NCBI GenBank assembly: GCA_963707915.1
Contig: OY970178.1
Span: forward strand, 701,821-765,820
Reading direction: 5' to 3'
DNA length: 64,000 bases
Origin: Candidatus Eiseniibacteriota bacterium
GTDB taxonomy: Bacteria; Eisenbacteria; RBG-16-71-46
The notes below the pieces were generated by a model. The model was not told where the DNA came from, made no database searches, and saw only the letters and a program-made list of their open reading frames with translations. Below, in pieces: positions 48,166-57,789 of the stretch. Made by a program: the position numbers and the translations under genes. Positions within the stretch are counted from its first letter, which is position 1. Every line of letters begins with the position of its first letter.

Positions 48166-48171
48166 CCTAGG
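48166..48171. repeat. Target-site duplication CCTAGG (right copy) of the IS481-family element
   Basis: See left copy at 47099-47104. Confidence 0.7.
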
Positions 48172-48187
48172 CGTCCGACGCCCCGCC

Positions 48188-48224
48188 CTGGACCCGCGCG
48201 GCACCACCCCGCCGCGCGGTCCAG
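48188..48224. other. GC-rich hairpin (about 13-bp stem with one bulge, 9-nt loop) between the IS and the convergent downstream gene; possible terminator remnant
   Basis: CTGGACCCGCGCGG-caccacccc-GCCGCGCGGTCCAG; no U-tract on either strand, so not a canonical intrinsic terminator. Confidence 0.3.
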
Positions 48225-48246
48225 GCGCCGGGGGCCGTGCCCTGGT

Positions 48247-50052
48247 CTAGGCCGTCTCGCCGGGCCCCGCCACCTTCAGCCACGAGAACCACAGCGGGTG
48301 GTGCCGCTTGTACCAGCGCAGCACCTCGAGCAGCACCTTCTGCTGCTCGGGCGGGATCACCTCGGGCGGGATGCGATCGAAGTGGATGCGCATCTGCTGC
48401 TGGTCCAGGTACTCGATCGCCTCGGAGCACAGCGTCTGGAGCTCGTTGCGGATCCGGCCCGAGTCGGAGATCTTCACCGGCCGGGTGCGGAAGTCCTCGC
48501 CGTAGATGAAGCGGGTGAGCAGCGGGTTGAACACCAGCCGCGACACCCGGCGGTCCTCCATCAGGCGCAGGGTGAACAGCAGGCGCTTGTCGCCACGCGC
48601 CGTCGCCAGCCGCACCCCCACGCGGTAGGTGCCCGGCGCCGTCTCCACGACGCCCGCGGCGCCGGAGTAGGGGTCGTCGCGCATGTAGCCGGAGAGCGCC
48701 ACGACCTCCCAGCGCTTCTCGGGGAAGAAGTCGTCGGCGCCGATGACCGGCTTCTCGAGCGGGATCCCCGAGTCGCGGGCCTCGAGGATCAACCCGCGGT
48801 AGGCGGTCTGCCCGGCCTCGTCCACCGGATGCCCCAGCCGCGCGGCCAGCCGCCCGGCGAAGTCCGGGCCCTCCGGGTCGAGGTGCATGATGTGCTGTTC
48901 GGATTCGTAGGGCAGCTCGAACCTCGACGTGAACACCGCCAGCGAGGCCTCGAGGCCCAGCATCGGCGCCAGGCTCGCCGCCTGCATCGCCTCGGCCGAC
49001 GCCGCGTAGCCGTCGCACAGGAAGAGGTGCGACTGGCCGTCGCCGTCGGTCCACGCGCCGATCCGGTAGGTCGGGGCGTAGGTGCCGGACTCGTTGAAGG
49101 CCTTCATCCCCGAGGGCAGCACCCAGCCGTCCTCGACCACGTGCGCGCCGGCCGCCCGCCACTCGTCCCAGAGCTTCCCGATGCGCACCTCGCGGCTCTT
49201 CCCGCCCAGGGTCCAGACGTGGACGTTCCCGCGCTGCAGCCCGGGATAGGCCGCCTCGATGACCTCCATGACCCGCCCCCGCGGCGTACGGTAGTCGATC
49301 AACAGCGACTGCTCGGCGGCCTTCTCGACGACGACGCGGGGGAGGAACAGGTTCCCGACGTAGCCTTCGTAGGGGCGCCTCATCCGCAGCGGCTGGTCGA
49401 ACAGGTGCAGCACCGTCAGCGGCCCGGTGAGCTCGCCCTTCGCGAAGCGGGAGGTGTTCTCCAGCGTGTCGATGGCGGCGCCCCAGATGGTGATGCCGGC
49501 CGCCTTCACCTCGCGGTAGAAGGTGTCCCAGCCGTACTCCGGGAAGTTCAGCATCCGCGTGACCCGCTGCTCGAGCCAGCGCGCCACCTGCGGCCGGGCG
49601 TAGATGCGGCCGTAGCCGAGCTGGGGGTTGGAGCCCATCTCGGGCGTCTCCCCGGCCTTGGGCATGAGGCCCTCGCCCAGGCACACCATGATCGCGTGGT
49701 TCTCCGGCAGGTGCCGCGAGGCGAACCACAGGCCCTCGCTCATGGCGTAGGCGGAGATCGCGTCGGCGTCCTTCTTGACCTGGTTGAGCCCGGTCTTGTC
49801 CTTGCCCTGGCCCTCGCCGAAGCGGCCGAAGAGCTGGGTGCCCAGCGCGGTGACCGCCACCGTCATGGCCATCAGCCGCTCCATGCGGCCGTCCAGGAAG
49901 GAGATCTCGCCGGTGAACTCGGCCACGGGCTCGCCCCGGATCCACTCCACCGAGACGTCCTCGAGCCACAGGTGCAATCGACCCAGGATGGGACGGGTGT
50001 CGAAGGCCCACTGCGCGATCCGGTCCCGCTTGAGTCGATCCGCCTCGCTCAT
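48247..50052 (-). CDS. Large GlpX-like (class II fructose-1,6-bisphosphatase superfamily-like) protein with about 200-aa C-terminal extension; function unknown
   Basis: 641-aa ORF; preferred start ATG 50052 (601 aa); segments paralleling GlpX motifs as I recall them (IMVCLGEGLMPKAGETPEMG; WGAAIDTLENT; CDGYAASAEAMQAASLAPMLG). Confidence 0.45.
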   Translation of the reverse strand: MSEADRLKRDRIAQWAFDTRPILGRLHLWLEDVSVEWIRGEPVAEFTGEISFLDGRMERLMAMTVAVTALGTQLFGRFGEGQGKDKTGLNQVKKDADAISAYAMSEGLWFASRHLPENHAIMVCLGEGLMPKAGETPEMGSNPQLGYGRIYARPQVARWLEQRVTRMLNFPEYGWDTFYREVKAAGITIWGAAIDTLENTSRFAKGELTGPLTVLHLFDQPLRMRRPYEGYVGNLFLPRVVVEKAAEQSLLIDYRTPRGRVMEVIEAAYPGLQRGNVHVWTLGGKSREVRIGKLWDEWRAAGAHVVEDGWVLPSGMKAFNESGTYAPTYRIGAWTDGDGQSHLFLCDGYAASAEAMQAASLAPMLGLEASLAVFTSRFELPYESEQHIMHLDPEGPDFAGRLAARLGHPVDEAGQTAYRGLILEARDSGIPLEKPVIGADDFFPEKRWEVVALSGYMRDDPYSGAAGVVETAPGTYRVGVRLATARGDKRLLFTLRLMEDRRVSRLVFNPLLTRFIYGEDFRTRPVKISDSGRIRNELQTLCSEAIEYLDQQQMRIHFDRIPPEVIPPEQQKVLLEVLRWYKRHHPLWFSWLKVAGPGETA

Positions 50053-50278
50053 GACGCGTCCCTTTCCGGCGGGTTCGCCCCGACCGCTTGCATCCCGTCC
50101 CTGGCCCCGTCCACGCCGTCCCGGGAGCCGCCCGCGCGGGCCCGCTCCCGGTGGGGCACCCACCGAAGCCACCGCAGGCTAGCAGGACCGCGAAAGCCGG
50201 GGCAAGGACGACCGGATCGCGGACATCGCGCGTGGACGCGGCCCGCGCGCCCCTGCAGGACGAGAGGCGAGACGGAAC

Positions 50279-50935
50279 TCAGCGAGTCGAGCCTGGCCCG
50301 CCGTTCCAGCGCGGCGCGGGGAGGATGAACTCGCGTGCGACGTTCCACCCGGCGTTGAGGAGCAGGCTGTACGCCCCGCTCAGGAGGCCATCGGCGTACG
50401 TATACCGTGCCGGGTAGAGCGTGGTCGTCGTCACCACCGGCCCCACGAAGGGCGCGAGCGTCTTGCCGGGGGAGAAGCGCGCGGCCCCGCTCCGGTCGCG
50501 CGCCATGACCGTCATCGACGCCGCATGCCACAGGCGCGGGCCGAAACCGTCACGCGGGGAGCGGTAGTACTGCGCGTCCTGCCGCATCGCCGCCATGCTG
50601 AGCGAAAGCGAGGTCTCGCTCACGAAGGTCGTGAGCGAACCTGCACCGAAGCGCCGCCCGAAGCCCCGTCCGTCGGTGTCCCACTCGGCGGGCTCGTCCG
50701 TCACCCAGTGCCGCCACGAAGCGCCGACGAGATTGCCGGCGATCGCGGACGGGCCGACGGCATTGCTCGCCCACGCGCGGAACTGCACCCGCGGGGAGGG
50801 GAAGACGTACCCGGCGGGATCCGTGGCCCGCAGCGAGGACGAGTCGGGCGCCGCCGGCGCCACGCCGAGCGCGCGGCCGGGCATCAGGGCCCCTGCAAGC
50901 ACTGCGATCACGACGGTCCACCGCGGCCACGCCAT
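50279..50935 (-). CDS. Hypothetical secreted protein
   Basis: 218 aa from ATG 50935 with signal peptide (MAWPRWTVVIAVLAGALMPGRALG); the annotated 403-aa ORF upstream portion is low complexity. Confidence 0.45.
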   Translation of the reverse strand: MAWPRWTVVIAVLAGALMPGRALGVAPAAPDSSSLRATDPAGYVFPSPRVQFRAWASNAVGPSAIAGNLVGASWRHWVTDEPAEWDTDGRGFGRRFGAGSLTTFVSETSLSLSMAAMRQDAQYYRSPRDGFGPRLWHAASMTVMARDRSGAARFSPGKTLAPFVGPVVTTTTLYPARYTYADGLLSGAYSLLLNAGWNVAREFILPAPRWNGGPGSTR

Positions 50936-51260
50936 CGCCGACTCCTCGCGCGTCCCTCGCCGGGTCGGCGGGGAGGTCCGTGCCCCGCGCCCGACCGGCA
51001 CTGCGGGAGCATCTTCGCGCATCGGCTCCCGAGTGCCAAGCGGCCATCCCGGGTCGAGCTCCGTCGGAGCCTGTCCGGGACCCGTGCAGCTTCCGGATTG
51101 AACTCGCTCCGGCGCGGGTGCTAGCCTCCGCACGGTTCTGGATGCAACCTCGTGCCACCTCAACGTCGCGGGCGCGGGGGAGTGGTTGTCGTGTGCCGCG
51201 GCCGCGCCTCGACCCACCGCGCAGCGATGCGCCGCCGCGATCACCTGGGATGGCGGATCC

Positions 51261-53519
51261 ATGATGACCGCACGCATCGTGATGCCGTTGCTGCTCCGGC
51301 TGCTCTGCGCCGTGGCGATCGTGGCGCCTCCGTTGGCCCACCCGGACGACGCCGGAGCCGTCCCACCGGACCGGCCCCGCATCGGACTGGCGCTCAGCGG
51401 CGGCGGCGCCCGTGGCGCGGCCCACATCGGCGTGCTGAAGGTGCTCGAGCGGCACCGCATCCCGGTCGATCTCATCGCCGGCACCAGCATGGGCGCGCTG
51501 GTCGGCGGGCTCTACGCCTCCGGGCTTTCGCCCGCCCAGCTCGACAGCGTCGTCTCGGAGACCGACTGGGCGGAGGCGTTCGCGGACAACATCCCCCGGG
51601 GCGAACGCTCGTTCCGCCGCAAGCGCGACGACGACCTCTACCTCGTCAAGCACAAGCCCGGGTTCCGCGGCGGGCAACTGCTCCTGCCGCCCGGCATCCT
51701 CGACGGCCATCGCATCGACCTGCTGCTCAAGCGGCTGTCCCTGCCGGTCACCTCGGTGCGCGACTTCGACCAGCTCAGCATCCCGTACCGCGCCGTCGCC
51801 GCCGACATCGTGACCGGCGAGGCGGTGGTGCTCGACCACGGCGACCTGGCGCTCGCCATGCGCGCCAGCATGTCCATCCCCGTCGCCTTCGCGCCCCGGG
51901 AGATCGACGGCCGCCTGCTGGTGGACGGCGGCATCGTGAACAACTTCCCCATCGACGTCGTGCGCCGGATGGGGGCGGACGTCATCATCGCGGTGGACAT
52001 CGCCACGCCGCCCACGGACCGCGAGCACCTCTACTCGCTGCCCGCCATCTCCGGCCAGCTCGCCACGCTCGGCTCGGAGCAGAACAAGCGGCAGCAGATC
52101 GCCTCGCTGGCCGAGGGTGACGTGTTCATCCGGCCCGAGCTCGGCTCGATCACGGTGGCGTCCTTCGACCGCGCCGCCGAGGCCGTGCCGATCGGCGAAC
52201 GCGCGGCCGAGGCCGTGCTGGGCCGCCTCGAGCGCCTCGCCCTCCCGCCCGACGAGTACGCCGCGTACCGCGACCGCCGGGCGGAACGCGCCGCGCACGG
52301 ACCGCCCCCCACCCTCGCCGCGACCGTGTTCGTCAACCGTTCCCGGCTGGCCGACGAGGTCATCGCCGATCGCCTCGAGGCGCCGCCCGGCGGGCCCGTC
52401 CGCGTCGCGCGCATCGAGGAGGGGTTGAACCAGATCTACGGGCTCGAGCTGTTCGAGTCGGTGTACTACGACATCGCCCCCACGCCCCGCGGCGACGTGA
52501 TGACCGTCACCGCCCGCGAGCGCGCCTGGGGCCCCAACTACGTGCAGGGCGGCATCGCGGTGTTCGAGGACTTCGAGGGCCCGAACTTCAATCTCGCCGT
52601 GGCCTACAGCCGCACCGCGGTCAACCGCCTGAACGGGGAGTGGCGCACCGGCGTGCAGGTGGGGCAGGAGCCCACCGCGTGGACCGAGTTCTACCAGCCG
52701 CTCGACACCGGCCTGCGCAAGTTCGTCCATCTCGACGTGCTGGCGGCGGAGCGGACGATGAACCTGTTCGACCCGCGCGGCCACAAGCTCTCCGAGCTCG
52801 GCATCACGCGCTTCGGCGCCACGCTGGCCGCCGGGAGGGAGATCGGGACGTGGGGCGAGCTGCGATTCGGCGTGGTGCGCGAAGGCGGCGTCATCCGCGT
52901 CCAGGTGGGCGACCCCGCGCGCCCGGAGAGCCGCTACGACACCGGCGAAGCGTTCGCCCAGTACTTCGTCGACAAGCTCGACGAGCTCGCATTCCCTCAT
53001 CGGGGCGCGAGCCTGCGGGCGCGCGTCTCGGCCGGGCGCGATGCGCTCGGCTCCACCGTGAACTACGAGCAGGCCAGCCTCGAGGGCTCGCTGGCCGCCA
53101 CGCGGGGCCTGCTCACCGGCGGGTTGGGCGCGCTGTTCGGCACCACGCTGGAGAGCGACGCGCCGCTCGAGAAGCGCTTCGTCCTCGGCGGCCTCGGCCA
53201 GCTGTCCGGGCTCGAACAGGACGAGTTGATCGGACAGCACGCGCTGATGCTGCGCGCGACGCTCTACCGCCGCCTCACGCGTTCGCAGGTGGTCCGCGCC
53301 TACGCGGGGCTCTCGGCCGAGTACGGGAACGTGTTCCAGTCGCGGTCGGCCATCGGCCTCGAGCACGGGATATCGACCGGCAGCGTGTTCCTCGGTTTCG
53401 AGACGCTGCTCGGCCCCCTTTGCCTGGCCTACGGCCGGGCCGAGGGCGGTCGCAGCAACTACTACCTCACCCTGGGCCAGCCGGTCGGCGGCCGGCGGCC
53501 CGGATTCGGGGCCCGCTGA
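51261..53519 (+). CDS. Patatin-like phospholipase fused to C-terminal Omp85/surface-antigen beta-barrel (PlpD-like)
   Basis: Oxyanion hole GGGARG, nucleophile elbow GTSMG, catalytic DGG (LVDGGIVNNFP); C-terminal about 400 aa beta-rich ending in aromatic-rich strands; N-terminal signal. Confidence 0.8.
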   Translation: MMTARIVMPLLLRLLCAVAIVAPPLAHPDDAGAVPPDRPRIGLALSGGGARGAAHIGVLKVLERHRIPVDLIAGTSMGALVGGLYASGLSPAQLDSVVSETDWAEAFADNIPRGERSFRRKRDDDLYLVKHKPGFRGGQLLLPPGILDGHRIDLLLKRLSLPVTSVRDFDQLSIPYRAVAADIVTGEAVVLDHGDLALAMRASMSIPVAFAPREIDGRLLVDGGIVNNFPIDVVRRMGADVIIAVDIATPPTDREHLYSLPAISGQLATLGSEQNKRQQIASLAEGDVFIRPELGSITVASFDRAAEAVPIGERAAEAVLGRLERLALPPDEYAAYRDRRAERAAHGPPPTLAATVFVNRSRLADEVIADRLEAPPGGPVRVARIEEGLNQIYGLELFESVYYDIAPTPRGDVMTVTARERAWGPNYVQGGIAVFEDFEGPNFNLAVAYSRTAVNRLNGEWRTGVQVGQEPTAWTEFYQPLDTGLRKFVHLDVLAAERTMNLFDPRGHKLSELGITRFGATLAAGREIGTWGELRFGVVREGGVIRVQVGDPARPESRYDTGEAFAQYFVDKLDELAFPHRGASLRARVSAGRDALGSTVNYEQASLEGSLAATRGLLTGGLGALFGTTLESDAPLEKRFVLGGLGQLSGLEQDELIGQHALMLRATLYRRLTRSQVVRAYAGLSAEYGNVFQSRSAIGLEHGISTGSVFLGFETLLGPLCLAYGRAEGGRSNYYLTLGQPVGGRRPGFGAR

Positions 53520-53520
53520 G

Positions 53521-56016
53521 ATGGGCGGCTCACCGGCTTCCGACCGCCCGCGCCGGCCACGTGCGTGGCGGGCATTCGCGCCCCTGCTGGCCACGGCGCT
53601 GCTCGCGCCCCCCGCGTCCGCATACTCGGACCGTGCCGGCACCGACGTCGTCATGGACGCCCCCTGGCGGAGCGTGCGGGACTACATCCCCGTGCTGTTC
53701 TTCTTCCCGCAGTTCGAGGGCGGGCGCCGGGTGGAGCGGATCCGGATCTTCGAATGCGTCGCCGGCGTCCCGACCGGCCCGGCGGTGGTCACCGACGCGG
53801 CAGCCAGTCCCGACACGCTCCACGGCGCGACCTTCGTCGGTCCGCTCGGCGAGGCCCGCGGCGGGCTGGACGCCGGGGAGCGCGTCACCAGCTTCTGGCA
53901 CTACATCGTGCGCGTCCCGCACGCGGCGCTCTCCGGGCACGCGACGCCCGACGTCCACGAGCTGCGCGCCGAGGTCGATTGGACGCGGCCCGGGCTGCTC
54001 GGAGTCCGGCACTTCCGCAGCTTCCGCGTGGTGCGCGTCCTCGTCGACCCGGCGCGGTTCCCCTCCCTGCACCCGGAGGACCGCTACCTCGACACCCACG
54101 TCCATACCATCGCCGAGCAGACCACCTCCGCCGCGCTCGACGTGGACGGCGGGAGCAAGGCCTACGGCGGGCCCGTGGTCATGCTGCTCGAGTCGGCCTA
54201 CGCCCTGGGGCTGGTGGAGACGCAGCCGCGGGACGGCAACTGGGGAGCGTACCGGGACAGCATCGTGGTCACCGACCACAATCTCTTCTACTCGCGCGAG
54301 CCGTACGACGCCGGCGTGGCGCCACGCTTCGGCCCCACCGCGTCCACCGACGGGCACGCGGGCGAGGCCGCGTGGTACCGCGCCAACCTCGGGCGGCTGG
54401 CGGGGGAGGAGATCACGCTGCGACGCGGCTCCAACCAGGATGGCTCGCTCGCGCCGAACCTCGGCCACCACCTGCTGGCCTACGGCACGCGTCACTTCGA
54501 GGGGACGTGGCACGGCGGGCGCTTCCTGACCTCCCGGCTCGAGAACCCCAACACGCTGGAGACGGTCCTGGCGGGCATGAAGTCCGCCGGCGGCCCCGGC
54601 TTCCTCTACGCGGCCCACCCGAACCTCGACGGCTTCGTCTGGCCGGCCGAGTACTACGCGCAGGGGATCGGCTTCCCGCCCTACAACTCGCTCGCCGGCC
54701 CGCTGGTGGATTCCAGCGGCACGGAGTTCCTGTTCAAGGGCTCGGAGGTGTGGAACACCAGGATCGCACGGGTCGCGCGCGACAGCGGGCGCCTGCCCGC
54801 CTCGAGCGCCTTCGACGCGATGGACCCGTTCCCCGGGGGGCCCGAGGCGCAACGCTTCCGCCCGGTCGCGTGGGACGGCGAGTTGATGCGCTCGCTCGAC
54901 ACCTTCCTCGGGCTGCTCGGCCGCGGACTCCGCTTCTCGTTCAAGGAGGCCCCCGCGGACCGCTTCATCCGCAAGCTGTACATGACCGCCGGTTCCGACG
55001 CTCACGGCGACTTCAACTACTCCGACGAGGTCTCCGCCACGGTCGTGCCCTACTCCGGCGCGCTCCACGACAACGCCTACGCGCGGGCCCGCACCTACCT
55101 GCTGGCGCACGACCTCCCCGCGGACTCGCGCGGAGCGCTCGAGGCGCTGCGCAAGGGCAATGCCCTGATCACGGACGGGCCGGTGTTCGAGTACCAACTG
55201 GATGCGGATGGACGGCACGACCCCGATGCGGGAGCGGCCCGCTGGCACGACGCGGCCGTCCGCTGGGAGAACCCGGACGGCCGGATCGGCGGGTCCGGGG
55301 CGTTCGACGGCGCACGCACGATGCTGGTGCCGCTGCCGGGCGACGGCGTCTGGATCCGCAGCCGGTGGAAGCGGTCCGTGACCCCCGGCGCCGGGGACGT
55401 CACCCGGTTCAAGTTCGACCGCGTGACGGGCACCGCGCGGGACTCGTTCCACGTGGCCGCGGGCCCCGAGGGCGTCGAGGACTCCCGGCCGCTGCCGCGG
55501 GCGCTGGACAGTCTCGCCGCGCTGGTCGCCACCGCGCGCGACCTCGACCGGGACGAGCGCTGCATCGCGAACCCGGTGTGGGTCGCCCCGGTCCGCATCG
55601 AGATCGCGAGACCGGAGGGCGGGGGGCAGGCTCGAGCCGGGGTGGCGCTGCCCGCCGGGACCTTCCGGGTCACGTTCCGCTTCCCGATCTCCATGTCCGC
55701 GGCGCCCGGCACCCGCGCCTGCCTGCGGCCGCTGGACGCGCGCGGGAACAGCACGGATCCCGAGATCGAGCTGGCCGCGGACCCCGGCTGGCAGGAGGAT
55801 GACGGCGTCGGCTCCGCCCGCTACACTGCGGTCAACGTCGCGGACGTGGCCGATCCGCCCGGGGACTGGGACGCCGACTCGCACGCCGGCGTGTCGGGCG
55901 TCCGCTCCTTCGTCGTATACCTGAAGGGCCCGGCGGATCTGCATGGCAACCGCTTGAACGACGTCGCGAGGGCCTTCGCGGTCACGGGGCCGCGGACGTC
56001 GCCAGCGGCGCCGTAG
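53521..56016 (+). CDS. Large PHP-domain-like (CehA/McbA-type metallophosphoesterase) protein, probably secreted
   Basis: 831 aa; PHP motif I-like YLDTHVHT and terminal PHP motif-like GSDAHGD with long insertions between; ATG 2 nt after patatin stop. Confidence 0.55.
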   Translation: MGGSPASDRPRRPRAWRAFAPLLATALLAPPASAYSDRAGTDVVMDAPWRSVRDYIPVLFFFPQFEGGRRVERIRIFECVAGVPTGPAVVTDAAASPDTLHGATFVGPLGEARGGLDAGERVTSFWHYIVRVPHAALSGHATPDVHELRAEVDWTRPGLLGVRHFRSFRVVRVLVDPARFPSLHPEDRYLDTHVHTIAEQTTSAALDVDGGSKAYGGPVVMLLESAYALGLVETQPRDGNWGAYRDSIVVTDHNLFYSREPYDAGVAPRFGPTASTDGHAGEAAWYRANLGRLAGEEITLRRGSNQDGSLAPNLGHHLLAYGTRHFEGTWHGGRFLTSRLENPNTLETVLAGMKSAGGPGFLYAAHPNLDGFVWPAEYYAQGIGFPPYNSLAGPLVDSSGTEFLFKGSEVWNTRIARVARDSGRLPASSAFDAMDPFPGGPEAQRFRPVAWDGELMRSLDTFLGLLGRGLRFSFKEAPADRFIRKLYMTAGSDAHGDFNYSDEVSATVVPYSGALHDNAYARARTYLLAHDLPADSRGALEALRKGNALITDGPVFEYQLDADGRHDPDAGAARWHDAAVRWENPDGRIGGSGAFDGARTMLVPLPGDGVWIRSRWKRSVTPGAGDVTRFKFDRVTGTARDSFHVAAGPEGVEDSRPLPRALDSLAALVATARDLDRDERCIANPVWVAPVRIEIARPEGGGQARAGVALPAGTFRVTFRFPISMSAAPGTRACLRPLDARGNSTDPEIELAADPGWQEDDGVGSARYTAVNVADVADPPGDWDADSHAGVSGVRSFVVYLKGPADLHGNRLNDVARAFAVTGPRTSPAAP

Positions 56017-56062
56017 CCGGAGGCCCGCCAGCGCGGCGGGCACCCCGGGCGCCCCGGAGACT

Positions 56063-56722
56063 GTGGAGACCACTCGAATGAGATCCAGGATTCCCACCCG
56101 TCGGATGTGGACGCTCGCCGCGATCGGCCTGCTGTGCGTCGCGATGGCCGTGAACCTCCAGGGTTGCACCGCGGTCGGTTTCGCGGTCGGCGCCGCCGCC
56201 GATGCGCAGGAAGGCAGCGGCGGTCCCGCGCTGCTGCTGAGTGTGAAGACCGGTCGCCCGGTGACGTTGACGCTGTGGGACGGCCGCTCGCTCGAAGGCC
56301 GCTTCGCTGGATGGTCGCGCGATACCGCGGTCGCGATCGCGGCGGCCGACTCGATCTATCCGCGGGGAGCGACGGTGCGGCTCGCGACCCGGGACGGCGA
56401 GCTCCGCATACCGGCGGAGCGCATCGCCAAGGTCACGATCTCGGTCAACAGCCGCAAGTTCGTCGGGCTGCTGATCGGGCTCGCGGCGGACGCGCTGGTG
56501 ATCTCGACGCTCCGGTCGGCGTGGCATCCGACTCCGCTCGGTTGCGAGGGGGATAACCTCGGCTCCCCCTGGGCTCGGGTCGCCCCGGCCGGCGCACCCG
56601 CATCGGACCGACTGCCAGGGCGGTCCGTAGCGCGCGGCAGCTCCGTGTGGCCGTCGTCGGAATCCCCGGCGATGGGCTTCCGCCCGCGGGCTCGAGCCGG
56701 ACGAGGTGGAGGCCGTGGCTAG
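56063..56722 (+). CDS. Hypothetical lipoprotein
   Basis: Signal peptide with lipobox-like LQGC; 219-aa ORF with low-complexity C-terminal tail, true end uncertain. Confidence 0.45.
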   Translation: METTRMRSRIPTRRMWTLAAIGLLCVAMAVNLQGCTAVGFAVGAAADAQEGSGGPALLLSVKTGRPVTLTLWDGRSLEGRFAGWSRDTAVAIAAADSIYPRGATVRLATRDGELRIPAERIAKVTISVNSRKFVGLLIGLAADALVISTLRSAWHPTPLGCEGDNLGSPWARVAPAGAPASDRLPGRSVARGSSVWPSSESPAMGFRPRARAGRGGGRG

Positions 56723-56876
56723 AGCATCGTGGCTGAAGGTCGGCGCCGGGTTGAGCTTCTTCATGGCGGCATGCCAGGCGGTGATCTCGCACCTGGTGTT
56801 CCTGGCGGCAGGGATCGCGTACACGGTGGGGACCGTGGTCAACTGGCGAACCATGAAGTCCAATCGATAGGCCGCC

Positions 56877-57629
56877 ATGTCCAGACCGCGGACGATACTT
56901 CTTCTCGGCGGCACCGGGCGCACCGGCCGGCGCGTGCTGGAGCAGCTCCTGGGTCGCGGCTTCGCGGTACGCGCCATCGTGCGCTCGCGCGCCGGGCTGC
57001 CAGCGGGCGCACTGGCGAACCCCGACCTCACGGTGATCGACGCCGACCTGCTCTCCCTGACCGACGAGGACCTGCAACGTCACCTTCGCGGCTGCGACGC
57101 CGTGATCTCCTGCCTGGGCCACTTCCTCAGCCTCAAGGGGGTCTTCGGCCCACCGCGCGATCTCGTCACCCGGGCCACCTCGACGCTGTGCCGGACGATC
57201 GAAACGCTGGGGCCCGCCGCGCCGGTCAAGTTCGTCCTGATGAACAGCGTCTCGGTCCATCGCCCCGGGGGGCTCGACGCGCGACGCGGCGCCGTCGAGA
57301 GGGCGCTCCTCTGGATGCTGCGCGGCGTGCTCCCGCCGGCCCTCGACAACCAGCGCGCGGCGGACTTCCTGCGCGAGAGCGTCGGGGCGCTCCATCCATC
57401 CATCCAGTGGACGGTGGTCCGCCCCGACTCGCTGCTGGAAGGCGACGTGACGCGCTACACGCTGCACCAGGGGCTGGTGAGCAGCCTGTTCAAGCCCGAC
57501 AGCACGAACATCGCCAACGTCGCCCACTTCATGTGCGAGTTGGTGGCGAACCCGGCGACGTGGCGGGAATGGAACGCCGGCTTCCCCGTGATCATCAACG
57601 CGGCCGCGTCGGGCGGCACGGCCCCGTAG
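56877..57629 (+). CDS. NAD(P)-binding Rossmann-fold protein (NmrA/SDR-like)
   Basis: N-terminal LLLGGTGRTGRRV dinucleotide-binding motif; 250 aa. Confidence 0.7.
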   Translation: MSRPRTILLLGGTGRTGRRVLEQLLGRGFAVRAIVRSRAGLPAGALANPDLTVIDADLLSLTDEDLQRHLRGCDAVISCLGHFLSLKGVFGPPRDLVTRATSTLCRTIETLGPAAPVKFVLMNSVSVHRPGGLDARRGAVERALLWMLRGVLPPALDNQRAADFLRESVGALHPSIQWTVVRPDSLLEGDVTRYTLHQGLVSSLFKPDSTNIANVAHFMCELVANPATWREWNAGFPVIINAAASGGTAP

Positions 57630-57789
57630 CTCGGGCCGCCCCGTCCCCCGGCGAATCGCGGCGGGCGCCCGGGGCGACCCGACGCGGCGGCGTTCGACCG
57701 CCGTTCCTGCTACGCTCGGGGGAAGACGAGGCCGAGCGGTGCGGCGGCCGGCCGGCCGAGCCCGAGTCCAACCCCGGAGGCGATACCCG

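Noticed and set aside
51261-53519. Patatin-like phospholipase as a CBASS-type (CapV-like) anti-phage effector
   Set aside because: No cyclic-oligonucleotide synthase or other CBASS component nearby; the protein has a signal peptide and an Omp85-type beta-barrel, which fits a secreted/outer-membrane PlpD-like lipase rather than a cytoplasmic defence effector
56715-56870. Possible 51-codon small membrane protein ORF (VARASWLKVGAGLSFFMAACQAVISHLVFLAAGIAYTVGTVVNWRTMKSNR) between the lipoprotein and NAD(P)-binding genes
   Set aside because: No RBS, it overlaps the lipoprotein stop, and short hydrophobic ORFs arise easily by chance; cannot be supported without conservation or expression data
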